From contig JAFLCU010000016.1 of NCBI GenBank assembly GCA_017303355.1, positions 22,167 to 86,166 of the forward strand: a stretch of DNA of 64,000 bases, written 5' to 3'. Every line of letters starts with the position of its first letter. Position 1 is the stretch's first letter. Below, one piece after another: positions 18,237-27,827 of this stretch. This DNA comes from Caulobacterales bacterium. GTDB lineage: Bacteria; Pseudomonadota; Alphaproteobacteria; Caulobacterales; Aquidulcibacteraceae. The notes under the pieces are model-generated. The model searched no databases. It was not told where the DNA came from and was given only the letters and a program-made list of their open reading frames with translations. A program made the translations under genes and the position numbers.

Positions 18237-19120
18237 CCGCCTGCCTTTTCCCCAGCGGATTGCTCCCTTGTCCCAAGCGCATCCGCAAGCCGTGTCTTCG
18301 CGCTGCCGGGGCGCAATGGTTTTTGCTGGCTTTCATGTGGCGCCCAGCCTGTCGCGGTGAGAATCTCGAACGTGGCGCGCACACGGCCATCGGGCTCGGC
18401 AAAGCGAGCGCGATAGATTTCAAACGCGCGCGCCAGGATGCGGCGGCTCAGGCCGCGCGGGCTACGTTGTGTGAGCGCCGCGGTTTCGCCCATCGCCCGC
18501 AAATCCGACAGCAAGCGCATTGGGTCAGCGTAGCGGACGGTGATCACGTCACGATCAGCCGCCGGCAGCGCGTAGCCCGCGCGCTGCAAAAGGCCGGCGA
18601 CATCCTGCAACGCCGCAAAGGGCGCGACACGTGGACCCGCGCCGCCTGTCAGTTCGGATTCGGCTTCGATCAGACACAAGCGCAACTCGTGCAGCGTCTC
18701 GCCGCCAAAAATGGAAGCTAGCAGCAAACCATCCGGTTTCAGCGCCAAGCGCAGCTGAATGAGTGCGCCGGGCAGATCATTCACCCAATGCAGCGCCAGC
18801 AGCGATACGATGAGATCGAAGCTCCGCGCCGCAAAGGGCAAGTGCTCGGGATCGATATCCTCCCATCCCGTTTCGATGATCTGGCCGATCCGCGCGGAGA
18901 GCTCCGGCCTGGCGCGCAACTCTTCCGAAAACAAGCCAAAGCCGCCGAGAACCAAAACGCGCGCGAACGGCCGGGGCACGGCTTCGAGACGATCGGCGAG
19001 ATCGGCGGCCACACGTTCCAGCAAAAATGAGGCGTCGCGATAGGTCGCGCGGGCGCGTCGCTTGCGCTGCCGCACAAGGCGTGGCTCGAATGGGCCGGTT
19101 GCGGATTGGGGGCTCGACAT
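18233..19120 (-). CDS. class I SAM-dependent methyltransferase (BioC/NDUFAF5-like)
   Basis: 295 aa. FDLIVSLLALHWVNDLPGAL and LKPDGLLLASIFGGETLHELR resemble the NDUFAF5-like alphaproteobacterial family. Confidence 0.7.
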   Translation of the reverse strand: MSSPQSATGPFEPRLVRQRKRRARATYRDASFLLERVAADLADRLEAVPRPFARVLVLGGFGLFSEELRARPELSARIGQIIETGWEDIDPEHLPFAARSFDLIVSLLALHWVNDLPGALIQLRLALKPDGLLLASIFGGETLHELRLCLIEAESELTGGAGPRVAPFAALQDVAGLLQRAGYALPAADRDVITVRYADPMRLLSDLRAMGETAALTQRSPRGLSRRILARAFEIYRARFAEPDGRVRATFEILTATGWAPHESQQKPLRPGSAKTRLADALGTREQSAGEKAGG

Positions 19121-19164
19121 TGGCCATATCCTATCGCTCGAGCGCCGGATTCCGGAAACGCGGC

Positions 19165-19881
19165 GTGATCTCGCGGCTGTCGGACCTGATCTGGCCGCCT
19201 CGGTCGCTGCTGTCGGAAGAGATTGTCGATCGGCCCGGCGTGATCGAGGCCAAGCTTTGGGGGGAACTCCGCTTTCTCGCTGACCCCCGGTGCGCGCGAT
19301 GCGGCTTTCCCTTGCCCGAGGAGATCGGGGCGACGGCCGTGTGCGGGGCCTGCGCCGCCAGCGCGCCGGTGTTCGACACAGTGCGGGCGGCGCTTGCGTA
19401 CGATGACCACGCGCGGCGCTTGGTGCTGGACTTGAAGCGCGGCGGCCGCCGCGATGGCTTGCCCGTGTTCGCGAAATGGATGGCCGCCGCGGCGGAGGAT
19501 GCGCTGGAGCGCGCCGATTTCATTGCGCCAGCGCCGATGCATTGGACGCGCCTTGCGGTGCGCAGTTTCAACCAAGCCGCGTGGCTGGCCCAGGCGCTTT
19601 CGCGCGCCAGCGGCAAGCCCTGGAAACCGGGCGCGCTGGCGCGGGTCAAACGGCGGAAAAGTCAGGCGGGGCTCTCGGCCTCGGAACGGCGCCGCAACGT
19701 CGGCGGGGCGATCAAGGCGCGGGGCCGCCATGCCGGAAAGATAGTGCTGCTGGTGGATGACGTTTTCACCACCGGGGCGACATTGGAGGCGTGCGCGCGG
19801 GCTCTGCGCAAAGCTGGAGCTGCGGAAGTGCATGCCGTCACCCTGGCGCGGGTGGTCCGGCCAACTGATATTACTCTTTAG
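19165..19881 (+). CDS. comF: ComF-family phosphoribosyltransferase-domain protein
   Basis: N-terminal Cys clusters (CARCGFPL...CGAC) and the PRTase motif VLLVDDVFTTGATL. The start is uncertain: I chose the in-frame GTG at 19165, and the track ATG at 19027 would overlap the divergent methyltransferase. Confidence 0.75.
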   Translation: MISRLSDLIWPPRSLLSEEIVDRPGVIEAKLWGELRFLADPRCARCGFPLPEEIGATAVCGACAASAPVFDTVRAALAYDDHARRLVLDLKRGGRRDGLPVFAKWMAAAAEDALERADFIAPAPMHWTRLAVRSFNQAAWLAQALSRASGKPWKPGALARVKRRKSQAGLSASERRRNVGGAIKARGRHAGKIVLLVDDVFTTGATLEACARALRKAGAAEVHAVTLARVVRPTDITL

Positions 19882-19898
19882 GAGGTGTTGAGTCGGTC

Positions 19899-20156
19899 AT
19901 GCGGCCAGTCGTCGTCTATACGCGCGCCTATTGCGGCTATTGCAGCCGGGCGATGGATTTGCTGCGGCGCAAGGGCGCGGCCGTCACCGAGATCGACGCC
20001 ACGGGTGATCCCGACAGGCGCCAGGAAATGATCCAGCGCTCGGGCCGCTTCACCTTTCCGCAAATCTTTGTCGGCGACACCCATGTGGGCGGCTGTGACG
20101 ATTTGCATGCGCTGGAGCGCGCCGGCGGCCTCGATCCGCTGCTATCGGGAACCTGA
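19899..20156 (+). CDS. grxC: glutaredoxin 3
   Basis: 85 aa. CGYC active site, TFPQIFVGDTHVGGCDDL. Confidence 0.9.
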   Translation: MRPVVVYTRAYCGYCSRAMDLLRRKGAAVTEIDATGDPDRRQEMIQRSGRFTFPQIFVGDTHVGGCDDLHALERAGGLDPLLSGT

Positions 20157-20983
20157 TGCGTAAACTTCGTACCGCCGTTGTCCAATTGCGTTCGGGCATT
20201 GAGCCCGCCGCTAATCGCGCCGCCGCAATGCCCTTGCTGCGCGAAGCCGCATCCGCTGGCGCGCGCCTGATCGCGACGCCGGAAAACACCACGCGCATGG
20301 ATCGCAACCGCGAACGCATGTTCGCCGCCGTCGGCCCGGAGAAGGGCGATCCGGAATTGCTGGCCTGGGGCCGCGCGGCGCAAGAACTGGGCGTGTGGCT
20401 GCTGATGGGCTCTGGTCCGATCGCGACTGGCGACGGCAAGGTGTTCAACCGCTCATTCTTCTTCGATCCCGACGGCAAAATCGTCGCCCGCTACGACAAG
20501 ATCAATTTGTTCGATGTAACGCTCGGCGGCACGGAGAATTATCGCGAGAGCGACACGGTGCAGGGCGGCGGCCAAGCAATTGTCGTTGACGGCCCGATGG
20601 GCGCCAAGCTCGGCCTCACCATTTGCTACGACGTGCGCTTCGCGTCGCTCTATGCGTCGCTCGCGCGCGCGGGCGCCGAGATCATCGCCGTGCCGGCGGC
20701 ATTCACAGTTCCGACTGGCCAAGCGCATTGGGAAATCCTTCTGCGCGCGCGTGCGATCGAAACGGGCTCGTTTGTGATCGCGCCGGCGCAAGGGGGACGC
20801 CATGAGGACGGGCGCGCCACTTGGGGTCATTCGATGATTATCGATCCCTGGGGCAAAGTGCTGGCGCAGCTCGATCACGACGAGCCCGGCATGATCATCG
20901 CCGATCTCGATCTGGATGAGGTCGCCGCGGCGCGGGCGAAGATTCCCGCATGGCAAGGCGGCCGAGAGTTCAAGGCGCCATGA
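20156..20983 (+). CDS. carbon-nitrogen hydrolase (nitrilase superfamily)
   Basis: 275 aa. Glu/Lys/Cys triad context (TPEN, YDKINLFD, LTICYDVRF). Confidence 0.85.
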   Translation: MRKLRTAVVQLRSGIEPAANRAAAMPLLREAASAGARLIATPENTTRMDRNRERMFAAVGPEKGDPELLAWGRAAQELGVWLLMGSGPIATGDGKVFNRSFFFDPDGKIVARYDKINLFDVTLGGTENYRESDTVQGGGQAIVVDGPMGAKLGLTICYDVRFASLYASLARAGAEIIAVPAAFTVPTGQAHWEILLRARAIETGSFVIAPAQGGRHEDGRATWGHSMIIDPWGKVLAQLDHDEPGMIIADLDLDEVAAARAKIPAWQGGREFKAP

Positions 20984-21405
20984 TCCGCTACGATTTGCGG
21001 TGCGCGAACGGGGATGAGTTCGAAGCGTGGTTCGGCTCGATCGCCGATTACGACAAGCAAGCCGCGTCCGGCCTGGTCGAATGCCCGCATTGCGGCTCCA
21101 AGCATGTCGAGAAGGCGCCGATGGCGCCGTCCGTGGTGACGGGCCGCAAGCTGGATTCACGCAAGGAGCGCGCCATCGCGATGGCCATGGCCGCGAAAGT
21201 ACGCGATCACATCAAAGACAATTTCGACTATGTTGGCGACAAATTCGCCGACGAGGCGCGCAAGATGCACAGCGGTGAAAGCGACGAGCGCGCGATTTGG
21301 GGCGAAGCGACGCCCGAGCAAGCGGCCGAGCTTGCGGAAGAGGGCATCGCGGCCGCGCCCTTGCCGGCGGAACTCGCGCCAACGCCGCCGACGAAGCTGA
21401 ATTGA
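20980..21405 (+). CDS. DUF1178-family protein
   Basis: MIRYDLRCANGDEFEAWF...ECPHCGS is the typical DUF1178 zinc-ribbon-like N-terminus. ATGA overlap with the upstream gene. Confidence 0.8.
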   Translation: MIRYDLRCANGDEFEAWFGSIADYDKQAASGLVECPHCGSKHVEKAPMAPSVVTGRKLDSRKERAIAMAMAAKVRDHIKDNFDYVGDKFADEARKMHSGESDERAIWGEATPEQAAELAEEGIAAAPLPAELAPTPPTKLN

Positions 21406-21416
21406 CGCAGACTCGC

Positions 21417-21430
21417 TTGACGTAGATCAA
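21417..21430 (+). promoter_or_regulatory. FNR/FixK-type box TTGACGTAGATCAA upstream of hemN
   Basis: Perfect TTGA-N6-TCAA palindrome (9 of 10 matches to TTGAT-N4-ATCAA) in the 59-bp gap before hemN, a classical member of FNR/FixK regulons. Confidence 0.55.
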
Positions 21431-21464
21431 TGCTCGCCGGGCGCTCACTGGCCATCTGAGCCGC

Positions 21465-22796
21465 GTGGATCCGAATTTTCTCAAATACGCCGAACAAAGC
21501 GCGCCGCGCTATACAAGCTATCCGACCGCGCCGCATTTCAACGCGTCCGTCGATGGTGGCGTTTACCGTGGATGGCTGGGTGAGCTGCCGGCGGACGCAT
21601 CGCTCTCGCTCTATCTGCACACGCCGTATTGCCGCGAGATGTGCTGGTATTGCGGCTGCCATGCTTTCGCGGTGAAGCGCGATGAGCCGGTGGCGCAGTT
21701 TGTCGAGGCGATCCAGGCGGAGATTGACGCTGCCGCGGTCGCCACCGCCGCGCGGCGCGTCACGGAAATTCACTGGGGCGGCGGCACGCCCAATTCGCTG
21801 AGTCCGGAGCGGTTCGAAGCCATCGCCACACGTTTGGCGCAGCGCTTCGATCTCAGCGCTTGCGAGCGCCACGCCGTTGAGATTGACCCGCGCTTGCTGA
21901 CGCCGGAGCACGTCGCCGCAATGGCGCGCATCGGCGTCAATCGCGCGTCGCTGGGCGTGCAGGATTTGGATGAGGCCGTGCAACGCGCCATCGGCCGGGT
22001 GCAGCCGTTCGAGCAGGTGCGCGATGCGGTGGACATGTTGCGTGCGGGCGGCATCAAGGCGCTGAGCTTTGACCTGATGTACGGCCTGCCGCACCAAACG
22101 CTTGAAAGCGTGCGCCGTACGGCGCAACTGGCGCTTTCGCTCCAACCCGCGCGCTTTTCCGTGTTTGGCTACGCACACGTGCCGTGGTTCAAGACCCGCC
22201 AGCGTCTGATCGATAGCGCGGCGCTGCCTGATGCAAGCGCGCGGCATGCGCTGGCCGAAGCGCTCCGCGAGACGCTCGCCGGCGCGGGTTACGTCGAGAT
22301 CGGATACGATCATTATGCGCGCGCTGAGGACCCTATAGCCGTGGCGGCAAAGGGCGGGGCGTTGCAGCGCAATTTTCAAGGCTTTGTGGAAAGCACGTGT
22401 GACGCGTTGATAGGGTTCGGCCCCTCGGCCATTTCCACGCTCCCGCAAGGTTACGCGCAGAATGCGGCCGAGGTCGGCGCGTGGCGGGCGGCTGTCATGG
22501 AGAGCGGCTTCGCCGTGAAACGTGGCAGGGGCCTGACCGAGAATGACCGCCTCCGCCGCGATCTGATCATGCGGCTGCTGTGCGATTTCGAGTTGGACCT
22601 CGCGGACCGTGGCGGCCTGGCGGCCTTCCCCGAGGCGCTTCCGGAACTCCGGGCCTTGGCCGCCGACGGGCTGGTCGAGCTGAGCGACGACCGCATCACT
22701 ATCCCTCAAATCGGCCGCGCCTTCGCGCGGCTGGCCGCTCAGGCCTTTGATGCATATCGGGATACCGGCTCGGCCCGCCATTCCCTCGCCGTGTAG
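21465..22796 (+). CDS. hemN: oxygen-independent coproporphyrinogen III oxidase (radical SAM)
   Basis: GTG start. PRYTSYPTAPHF N-terminus and radical-SAM CxxxCxxC (CREMCWYCGC). Confidence 0.9.
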   Translation: MDPNFLKYAEQSAPRYTSYPTAPHFNASVDGGVYRGWLGELPADASLSLYLHTPYCREMCWYCGCHAFAVKRDEPVAQFVEAIQAEIDAAAVATAARRVTEIHWGGGTPNSLSPERFEAIATRLAQRFDLSACERHAVEIDPRLLTPEHVAAMARIGVNRASLGVQDLDEAVQRAIGRVQPFEQVRDAVDMLRAGGIKALSFDLMYGLPHQTLESVRRTAQLALSLQPARFSVFGYAHVPWFKTRQRLIDSAALPDASARHALAEALRETLAGAGYVEIGYDHYARAEDPIAVAAKGGALQRNFQGFVESTCDALIGFGPSAISTLPQGYAQNAAEVGAWRAAVMESGFAVKRGRGLTENDRLRRDLIMRLLCDFELDLADRGGLAAFPEALPELRALAADGLVELSDDRITIPQIGRAFARLAAQAFDAYRDTGSARHSLAV

Positions 22797-22804
22797 GCGC
22801 GCGC

Positions 22805-22833
22805 TTGCCAGTTGGGGGCTGGCTCTCTATATC
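22805..22833 (+). promoter_or_regulatory. candidate sigma-70-type promoter for rpsB-tsf
   Basis: TTGCCA (22805-22810), 17-nt spacer, TATATC (22828-22833), about 115 nt upstream of the rpsB ATG. Pattern match only. Confidence 0.35.
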
Positions 22834-22948
22834 CCCGGCGCACTTCGCACGCGGGAGCGGCGGGGCGGTCTAAAAGCGGCCGTTTCCTCCATCCGGTCCA
22901 AGGAAGCTTGGTCTCTCTCGCGGCGGCAAACCGGAAAAGGAACGAAAC

Positions 22949-23752
22949 ATGGCGCTGCCTGAATTCAGCATGCGTCAGCTCTTGGAAGCTGGCGCGCACT
23001 TTGGTCACCAGACCCACCGTTGGAACCCGAAGATGGATCGCTACATCTTCGGCGAAAAGGCCAACATTCACATTCTCGACCTGTCGCAGACGGTGCCGTT
23101 GCTGCACCAGGCGCTGCTGAAGGTGCGTGAAGTCGCCGCGAACGGTGGCCGCATCCTCTTTGTCGGCACCAAGCGTCAGGCCGCGGACCACATCAAAGCC
23201 GCCGCGCAACGCTCGGCGCAATATTACGTCAATTCGCGTTGGCTGGGCGGCACGCTCACCAATTGGCAAACGGTCTCCAAGTCGATCGCGCGCCTGCGCG
23301 AACTTGATGCGATCGCTTCCGGCGGTGTTGTTGGTCTGACCAAGCGCGAAGTGCTCGATCGCACGCGCGAGCGCGATAAGCTCGACCGTTCGCTGGGCGG
23401 TATCGCGGCCATGGGCGGCGTGCCTGATCTGATGTTCGTGATCGACACGAACAAGGAAGCGATCGCCATTCAGGAAGCCAAGAAGCTTGGCATCCCGGTG
23501 GTGGCGATCGTCGACAGCAATTGCGATCCGGATGAAGTCACCTTCCCGATCCCGGGCAATGACGACGCCGCGCGCGCGATTCAGCTCTATTGCGACCTGA
23601 TCGCCGACGCGATCCTCGACGGCCTCACGGAAAACCAAGTCCGTGGCGGCCGCGATATTGGCGCTTCGGAGCGTCCCCCGGTCGAGCCGGTGGTGCGCGA
23701 ACGTACGCCGGTCGAGAGCCCGATCGATGGCCCGACCGGCGCGAATTACTGA
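22949..23752 (+). CDS. rpsB: 30S ribosomal protein S2
   Basis: [22 protein letters not shown] is the canonical S2 N-terminus. Confidence 0.95.
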   Translation: MALPEFSMRQLLEAGAHFGHQTHRWNPKMDRYIFGEKANIHILDLSQTVPLLHQALLKVREVAANGGRILFVGTKRQAADHIKAAAQRSAQYYVNSRWLGGTLTNWQTVSKSIARLRELDAIASGGVVGLTKREVLDRTRERDKLDRSLGGIAAMGGVPDLMFVIDTNKEAIAIQEAKKLGIPVVAIVDSNCDPDEVTFPIPGNDDAARAIQLYCDLIADAILDGLTENQVRGGRDIGASERPPVEPVVRERTPVESPIDGPTGANY

Positions 23753-23815
23753 CACGCACGCAAGCTAAGTTGGGCGTGCTTCGAAGAAGCCCGCTCGAGA
23801 TTTAGGAGTACGAAC

Positions 23816-24757
23816 ATGGCGGAAATTACCGCTGCGCTGGTCAAGGACCTGCGCGAAAAAACTGGCGTCGGCATGATGGATTGCAAGAAGGCGCTAGCGG
23901 AAACCAACGGCGATCTCGAAGCCGCCATCGATTGGCTGCGCGCCAAGGGGCTCTCGAAGGCCGCCAAGAAGGCCGACCGCGCCGCAGCCGAAGGCATTGT
24001 CGCGATCGCGATCGCCGCCGACCACGGCACGGTGATTGAACTCAATTCGGAGACGGACTTCGTCGCCCGCAACGCCGATTTCCAGAAGGCCGCTGGCGAT
24101 TTCGCCAAGCTGGCGCTGAAGGCGGCTGACCACGACACGCTGCTGAACAGCGTGCATGAAGGCCAGAAGGTCTCGGAAGCGGTCACCCAGCTTATCGCCA
24201 CGATTGGTGAGAACATCACGCTGCGCCGCTCGGCCAAGCTGCAGGTCGAGAACGGCGTCATCGCCGCCTACGTCCACGCCAAGGTGGACGGCAAGGATCA
24301 TTTGGGCCGCATCGCGGTGCTGGTGGCGCTTGAATCGACGGGCAAGAAGGATGAGTTGGAAAGCTTCGGCAAGAAGCTCGCCATGCACATCGCCTCGGCC
24401 AACCCGCTGGCGTTGACCGAAGCCGACATCCCGGCCGATCGCGTCGAGCGCGAGAAGGCGGTTCTGCTGGAACAGCTGAAGGAAGACCCGAAGGCCGCCG
24501 GCAAGCCGCAACAGGTGCTCGACAAGATGATCGAGGGCCGCATGCGCAAGTTCTTTGAAGAATCCGTGCTGACCAAGCAGGCCTTTATTTTGAACCCGGA
24601 TCAGACGGTCGAAGCGGCGGTCGCCGAAGCCGCCAAGGCGGCCGGCGCCCCGGTTGCGATCAAGTCGTTTGTCCGTTTTGGCGTCGGCGAAGGCGTCGAG
24701 AAGAAGGCGGACGATTTCGCGGCGGAAGTCGCGGCGATGTCGGGCCAAAAGAGCTAA
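23816..24757 (+). CDS. tsf: elongation factor Ts
   Basis: [39 protein letters not shown] is the canonical EF-Ts N-terminus. Confidence 0.95.
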   Translation: MAEITAALVKDLREKTGVGMMDCKKALAETNGDLEAAIDWLRAKGLSKAAKKADRAAAEGIVAIAIAADHGTVIELNSETDFVARNADFQKAAGDFAKLALKAADHDTLLNSVHEGQKVSEAVTQLIATIGENITLRRSAKLQVENGVIAAYVHAKVDGKDHLGRIAVLVALESTGKKDELESFGKKLAMHIASANPLALTEADIPADRVEREKAVLLEQLKEDPKAAGKPQQVLDKMIEGRMRKFFEESVLTKQAFILNPDQTVEAAVAEAAKAAGAPVAIKSFVRFGVGEGVEKKADDFAAEVAAMSGQKS

Positions 24758-24779
24758 GCGGCTCTGGAGCCGAGAACGA

Positions 24780-24815
24780 GGGGCGCGGGCTTCGGTTCGC
24801 GCCCCTTTTTCTTTG
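24780..24815 (+). terminator. rho-independent terminator after tsf
   Basis: GGGGCGCG (24780-24787) pairs with CGCGCCCC (24798-24805), followed by TTTTTCTTT. Confidence 0.8.
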
Positions 24816-24899
24816 CGTTGTGGATATGTTCCCGATCGCGCAGTTCGCCTGAACAGGCGGCTGACTTCACACCCGCCCCTGGTCTATAGATTCGTACTC

Positions 24900-25643
24900 A
24901 TGAGCCTTGCCGAACAAGTTCCGAGCCCAGCGCCGCGCAGCTACAAGCGCGTGCTCCTGAAGATTTCCGGCGAAGCGCTGATGGGCGAGGGCCAATACGG
25001 CATCGACCAAGCGACATGCGAGCGTATCGCGCAGGAAGTGTTGGACGCCGTGAAGAATGGCGCCGAGATTTGCCTCGTCATTGGCGGCGGCAACATCTTC
25101 CGCGGCATGCAAGGCGCCGCGAAAGGCATGGAGCGCGCCAGCGCCGATTATATGGGCATGCTGGCGACGGTGATGAACGCGCTCGCCATGCAAAACGCGA
25201 TTGAATCGCTTGGCGGCCAAGCGCGCGTGCTCTCCGCAATCCCGATGGTGACGGTGTGCGAGCCCTATATCCGCCGCCGCGCGATGCGCCATATGGAGAA
25301 GGGGCGGATCGTGATCTTCGCGGCGGGCACCGGCAATCCGTTCTTCACCACGGACACCGCCGCCGCCTTGCGCGCAGCCGAAATGGGATGCGACGCGCTG
25401 CTCAAAGGCACGCAGGTCGATGGCGTGTATTCGGCCGACCCGAAGATCGTGAAGGACGCGACGCGGTACGATCATCTTACCTATCACGATGTGATCGCAC
25501 GCGATCTGCGCGTGATGGATACGTCCGCGATCTCGCTCATGCGCGACAACGGCATCCCGATTGTCGTGTTTTCAATTCATACACGCGGCGGCCTGGCCGA
25601 AGTTCTCGCTGGCCGCGGCGTCTGCACTACCATTAGCGACTGA
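24900..25643 (+). CDS. pyrH: UMP kinase
   Basis: [13 protein letters not shown] ... [12 protein letters not shown] at 24900 chosen; the track ORF extension overlaps tsf and its terminator. Confidence 0.9.
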   Translation: MSLAEQVPSPAPRSYKRVLLKISGEALMGEGQYGIDQATCERIAQEVLDAVKNGAEICLVIGGGNIFRGMQGAAKGMERASADYMGMLATVMNALAMQNAIESLGGQARVLSAIPMVTVCEPYIRRRAMRHMEKGRIVIFAAGTGNPFFTTDTAAALRAAEMGCDALLKGTQVDGVYSADPKIVKDATRYDHLTYHDVIARDLRVMDTSAISLMRDNGIPIVVFSIHTRGGLAEVLAGRGVCTTISD

Positions 25644-25653
25644 GGATTGGACC

Positions 25654-26220
25654 ATGGCAGCGCCCGCGCCGTTCAAGATCGATGACTACAAGAAGCGGAT
25701 GGATGGCGCGCTGACCGCGCTCTCCAACGAGTTCGGCGGATTGCGGACAGGCCGTGCGTCGCCGCAGTTGCTCGACCCCATCACGGTTGACGTTTACGGC
25801 GCGATGTCGCCGCTCAATCAGGTTGCGAGCGTGACGGTGCCCGAGCCGCGCATGATTTCCGTACAGGTTTGGGACCGCAGCGCCGTAGGCGCCGTGGACA
25901 AAGCGATCCGCGCTTCGAGCCTTGGCCTCAATCCGATCATCGATGGCCAAACCTTGCGCATTCCGATTCCGCCGCTGACCGGGGAGCGCCGCGCAGAGCT
26001 GGCGAAAGTGGCCGGCAAGTACGCGGAAAGCGCGCGAGTCGCCGTGCGCAATGTGCGTCGCGACGCGATGGACCATTTGAAGAAACTCGAAAAAGATCAC
26101 GCGATCAGCGAAGACGAGCACAAAAAGCTCGGCGCCGAAGTGCAGAAGGCGACGGACGATCACATCAAGAAGATCGACGATTCCTTGAGGCACAAGGAAG
26201 AGGAAATCACGCAGGTCTGA
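25654..26220 (+). CDS. frr: ribosome recycling factor
   Basis: [27 protein letters not shown] is the canonical RRF sequence. ATG at 25654. Confidence 0.9.
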   Translation: MAAPAPFKIDDYKKRMDGALTALSNEFGGLRTGRASPQLLDPITVDVYGAMSPLNQVASVTVPEPRMISVQVWDRSAVGAVDKAIRASSLGLNPIIDGQTLRIPIPPLTGERRAELAKVAGKYAESARVAVRNVRRDAMDHLKKLEKDHAISEDEHKKLGAEVQKATDDHIKKIDDSLRHKEEEITQV

Positions 26221-26236
26221 CCGGCCGCGGCTTATC

Positions 26237-26980
26237 ATGGCGCAGCCCACTCACCCCTCATCCACGGCCAGCGCGCCGCGCCACATCGCCATCATCATGG
26301 ACGGCAATGGTCGGTGGGCGAAGCAACGCTCGCGGCCGCGCACGTTCGGCCATGGCGAGGGGGTCGAGGCGCTTCGGCGCACGGTGGAGGCGGCCGGGGA
26401 CCTGGGCGTGCGTTATCTGACGGTTTTCGGCTTCTCGACCGAAAATTGGCGCCGGCCGACGGAAGAGGTCAGCGCGCTGTTTGATCTGCTGCGCCTCTAC
26501 GTCGCGCGCGACCTCGATAAGCTCGTGAAAGAAGGCGTACGCGTCCGTGTCATCGGCGAGCGTGCGAGCTTGCAGAGCGATATCGCGCAGATCATCGGAA
26601 ACGCGGAAGCCAAGACCCGCCATAACGACAAGCTCAACCTGATCATCGCCTTCAATTATGGTGGCCAAGATGAGATTGCCCGTGCGGCGAAGAAATTGGC
26701 GGCCGATGTCGCGGCCAACAGAGTTTCAACGGCGGAAGTGAACGCGGAGAGCTTTGCGCGTTATCTCGACACGGCGGAGTGGCCGGCGCCGGACATGTTG
26801 ATCCGCACCTCAGGCGAGTATCGGCTGTCGAATTTCATGCTGTGGCAAGCGGCCTATTCAGAACTTGTCTTCGTCGACACGCTTTGGCCGGATTTCGACA
26901 AAGCGGCGCTGGAAGCGGCGATCGGCGAGTACAACAAGCGCGAACGTCGCTTTGGGGGAACAGATCCTGTCGTCCCCTGA
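26237..26980 (+). CDS. uppS: undecaprenyl-diphosphate synthase (cis-isoprenyl transferase)
   Basis: HIAIIMDGNGRWA and RTSGEYRLSNFMLWQAAYSE motifs. Confidence 0.9.
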   Translation: MAQPTHPSSTASAPRHIAIIMDGNGRWAKQRSRPRTFGHGEGVEALRRTVEAAGDLGVRYLTVFGFSTENWRRPTEEVSALFDLLRLYVARDLDKLVKEGVRVRVIGERASLQSDIAQIIGNAEAKTRHNDKLNLIIAFNYGGQDEIARAAKKLAADVAANRVSTAEVNAESFARYLDTAEWPAPDMLIRTSGEYRLSNFMLWQAAYSELVFVDTLWPDFDKAALEAAIGEYNKRERRFGGTDPVVP

Positions 26981-27827
26981 GCCGCCGGCGCATCCGGAGC
27001 GCGGGGATTGGTCCGATCTCGGCGCGCGTATCGCGTCGGGCTTGGTGTTGGCCAGTCTGGGCGTCGCGGCGGCGTGGCTGGGCGGGCCGTGGCTTGCCGG
27101 CGCATGCGGCGCGGCTGTGGTCGCCATGAGTTACGAATGGGCGCGCATGAGCGAGCCTGAAGCATTGATGCCCGCGTTCTTGTTTTCACTCGCCGGGTCG
27201 TTGGGCGCGGTGCTGTTCGCGAGTTGGCAGCATCTTGGGTACGCTGTTCTATGGCTGACGGTTTGCTGTGTCGTGTCGGGCGCGCTTCGGCGCCGGACGT
27301 TTGTCGGTTTCATCGAAACCGCGGGCGGCGCCTTTTATATCGGACTGCCCGCGGCGCTGTTCCTCTGGCTCCGCAATCGCGCACCGGAGGGGCTTGAGAC
27401 GATCCTCGCGCTGTTCTTCGTGATCTGGGCTTCCGACATATTCGCGTATTTTGGCGGCAAGCTCATCGGCGGGCCTAAGATCGCGCGGGGGCTTTCGCCC
27501 AACAAGACCTGGGCCGGCATCATTGCCGGCGTGTTGGCTGGCGCGCTTGCGGGGCTTGGCTGTGGCCATCTGTTTCACGCAGGCGCGAACCTGCACATAT
27601 CCTGGTTTCTCATTGGCGCGCTGATCGCGTTCACGGGATTGATGGGCGACTTGTTCGAGTCATTCTTGAAGCGACGCTTTGGCGTGAAGGATGCGAGCCG
27701 GCTCATTCCGGGCCATGGCGGCGTGCTTGATCGCATCGATAGTTTGATGGCCGCGACGCTCCTGGTTGGCGCGGCTATGGCCTTCGGCCCGCGCGCGACT
27801 GCGCTGCTGTTTGGGAGCGGGCTGTGA
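26955..27827 (+). CDS. cdsA: phosphatidate cytidylyltransferase
   Basis: CDS signature SDIFAYFGGKLIGGPKI..SPNKTWAG and GHGGVLDRIDS. The start is uncertain: there is no ATG upstream of the conserved first TM region, so the in-frame TTG at 26955 was chosen. Confidence 0.75.
   Translation, partial: GEQILSSPEPPAHPERGDWSDLGARIASGLVLASLGVAAAWLGGPWLAGACGAAVVAMSYEWARMSEPEALMPAFLFSLAGSLGAVLFASWQHLGYAVLWLTVCCVVSGALRRRTFVGFIETAGGAFYIGLPAALFLWLRNRAPEGLETILALFFVIWASDIFAYFGGKLIGGPKIARGLSPNKTWAGIIAGVLAGALAGLGCGHLFHAGANLHISWFLIGALIAFTGLMGDLFESFLKRRFGVKDASRLIPGHGGVLDRIDSLMAATLLVGAAMAFGPRATALLFGSGL

Noticed and set aside
21228-22781. 517-aa minus-strand ORF
   Set aside because: It lies antisense to full-length hemN, with Arg-rich low-information sequence. 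Shadow ORF.
24654-24899. Track ORF extension of pyrH back into tsf, and similar 5' extensions of frr, lpxD, fabZ, lpxA, rpmF, secG, lexA and ppiD
   Set aside because: The extensions overlap upstream genes or terminators and lack similarity to the families. Internal starts reproduce the canonical N-termini.
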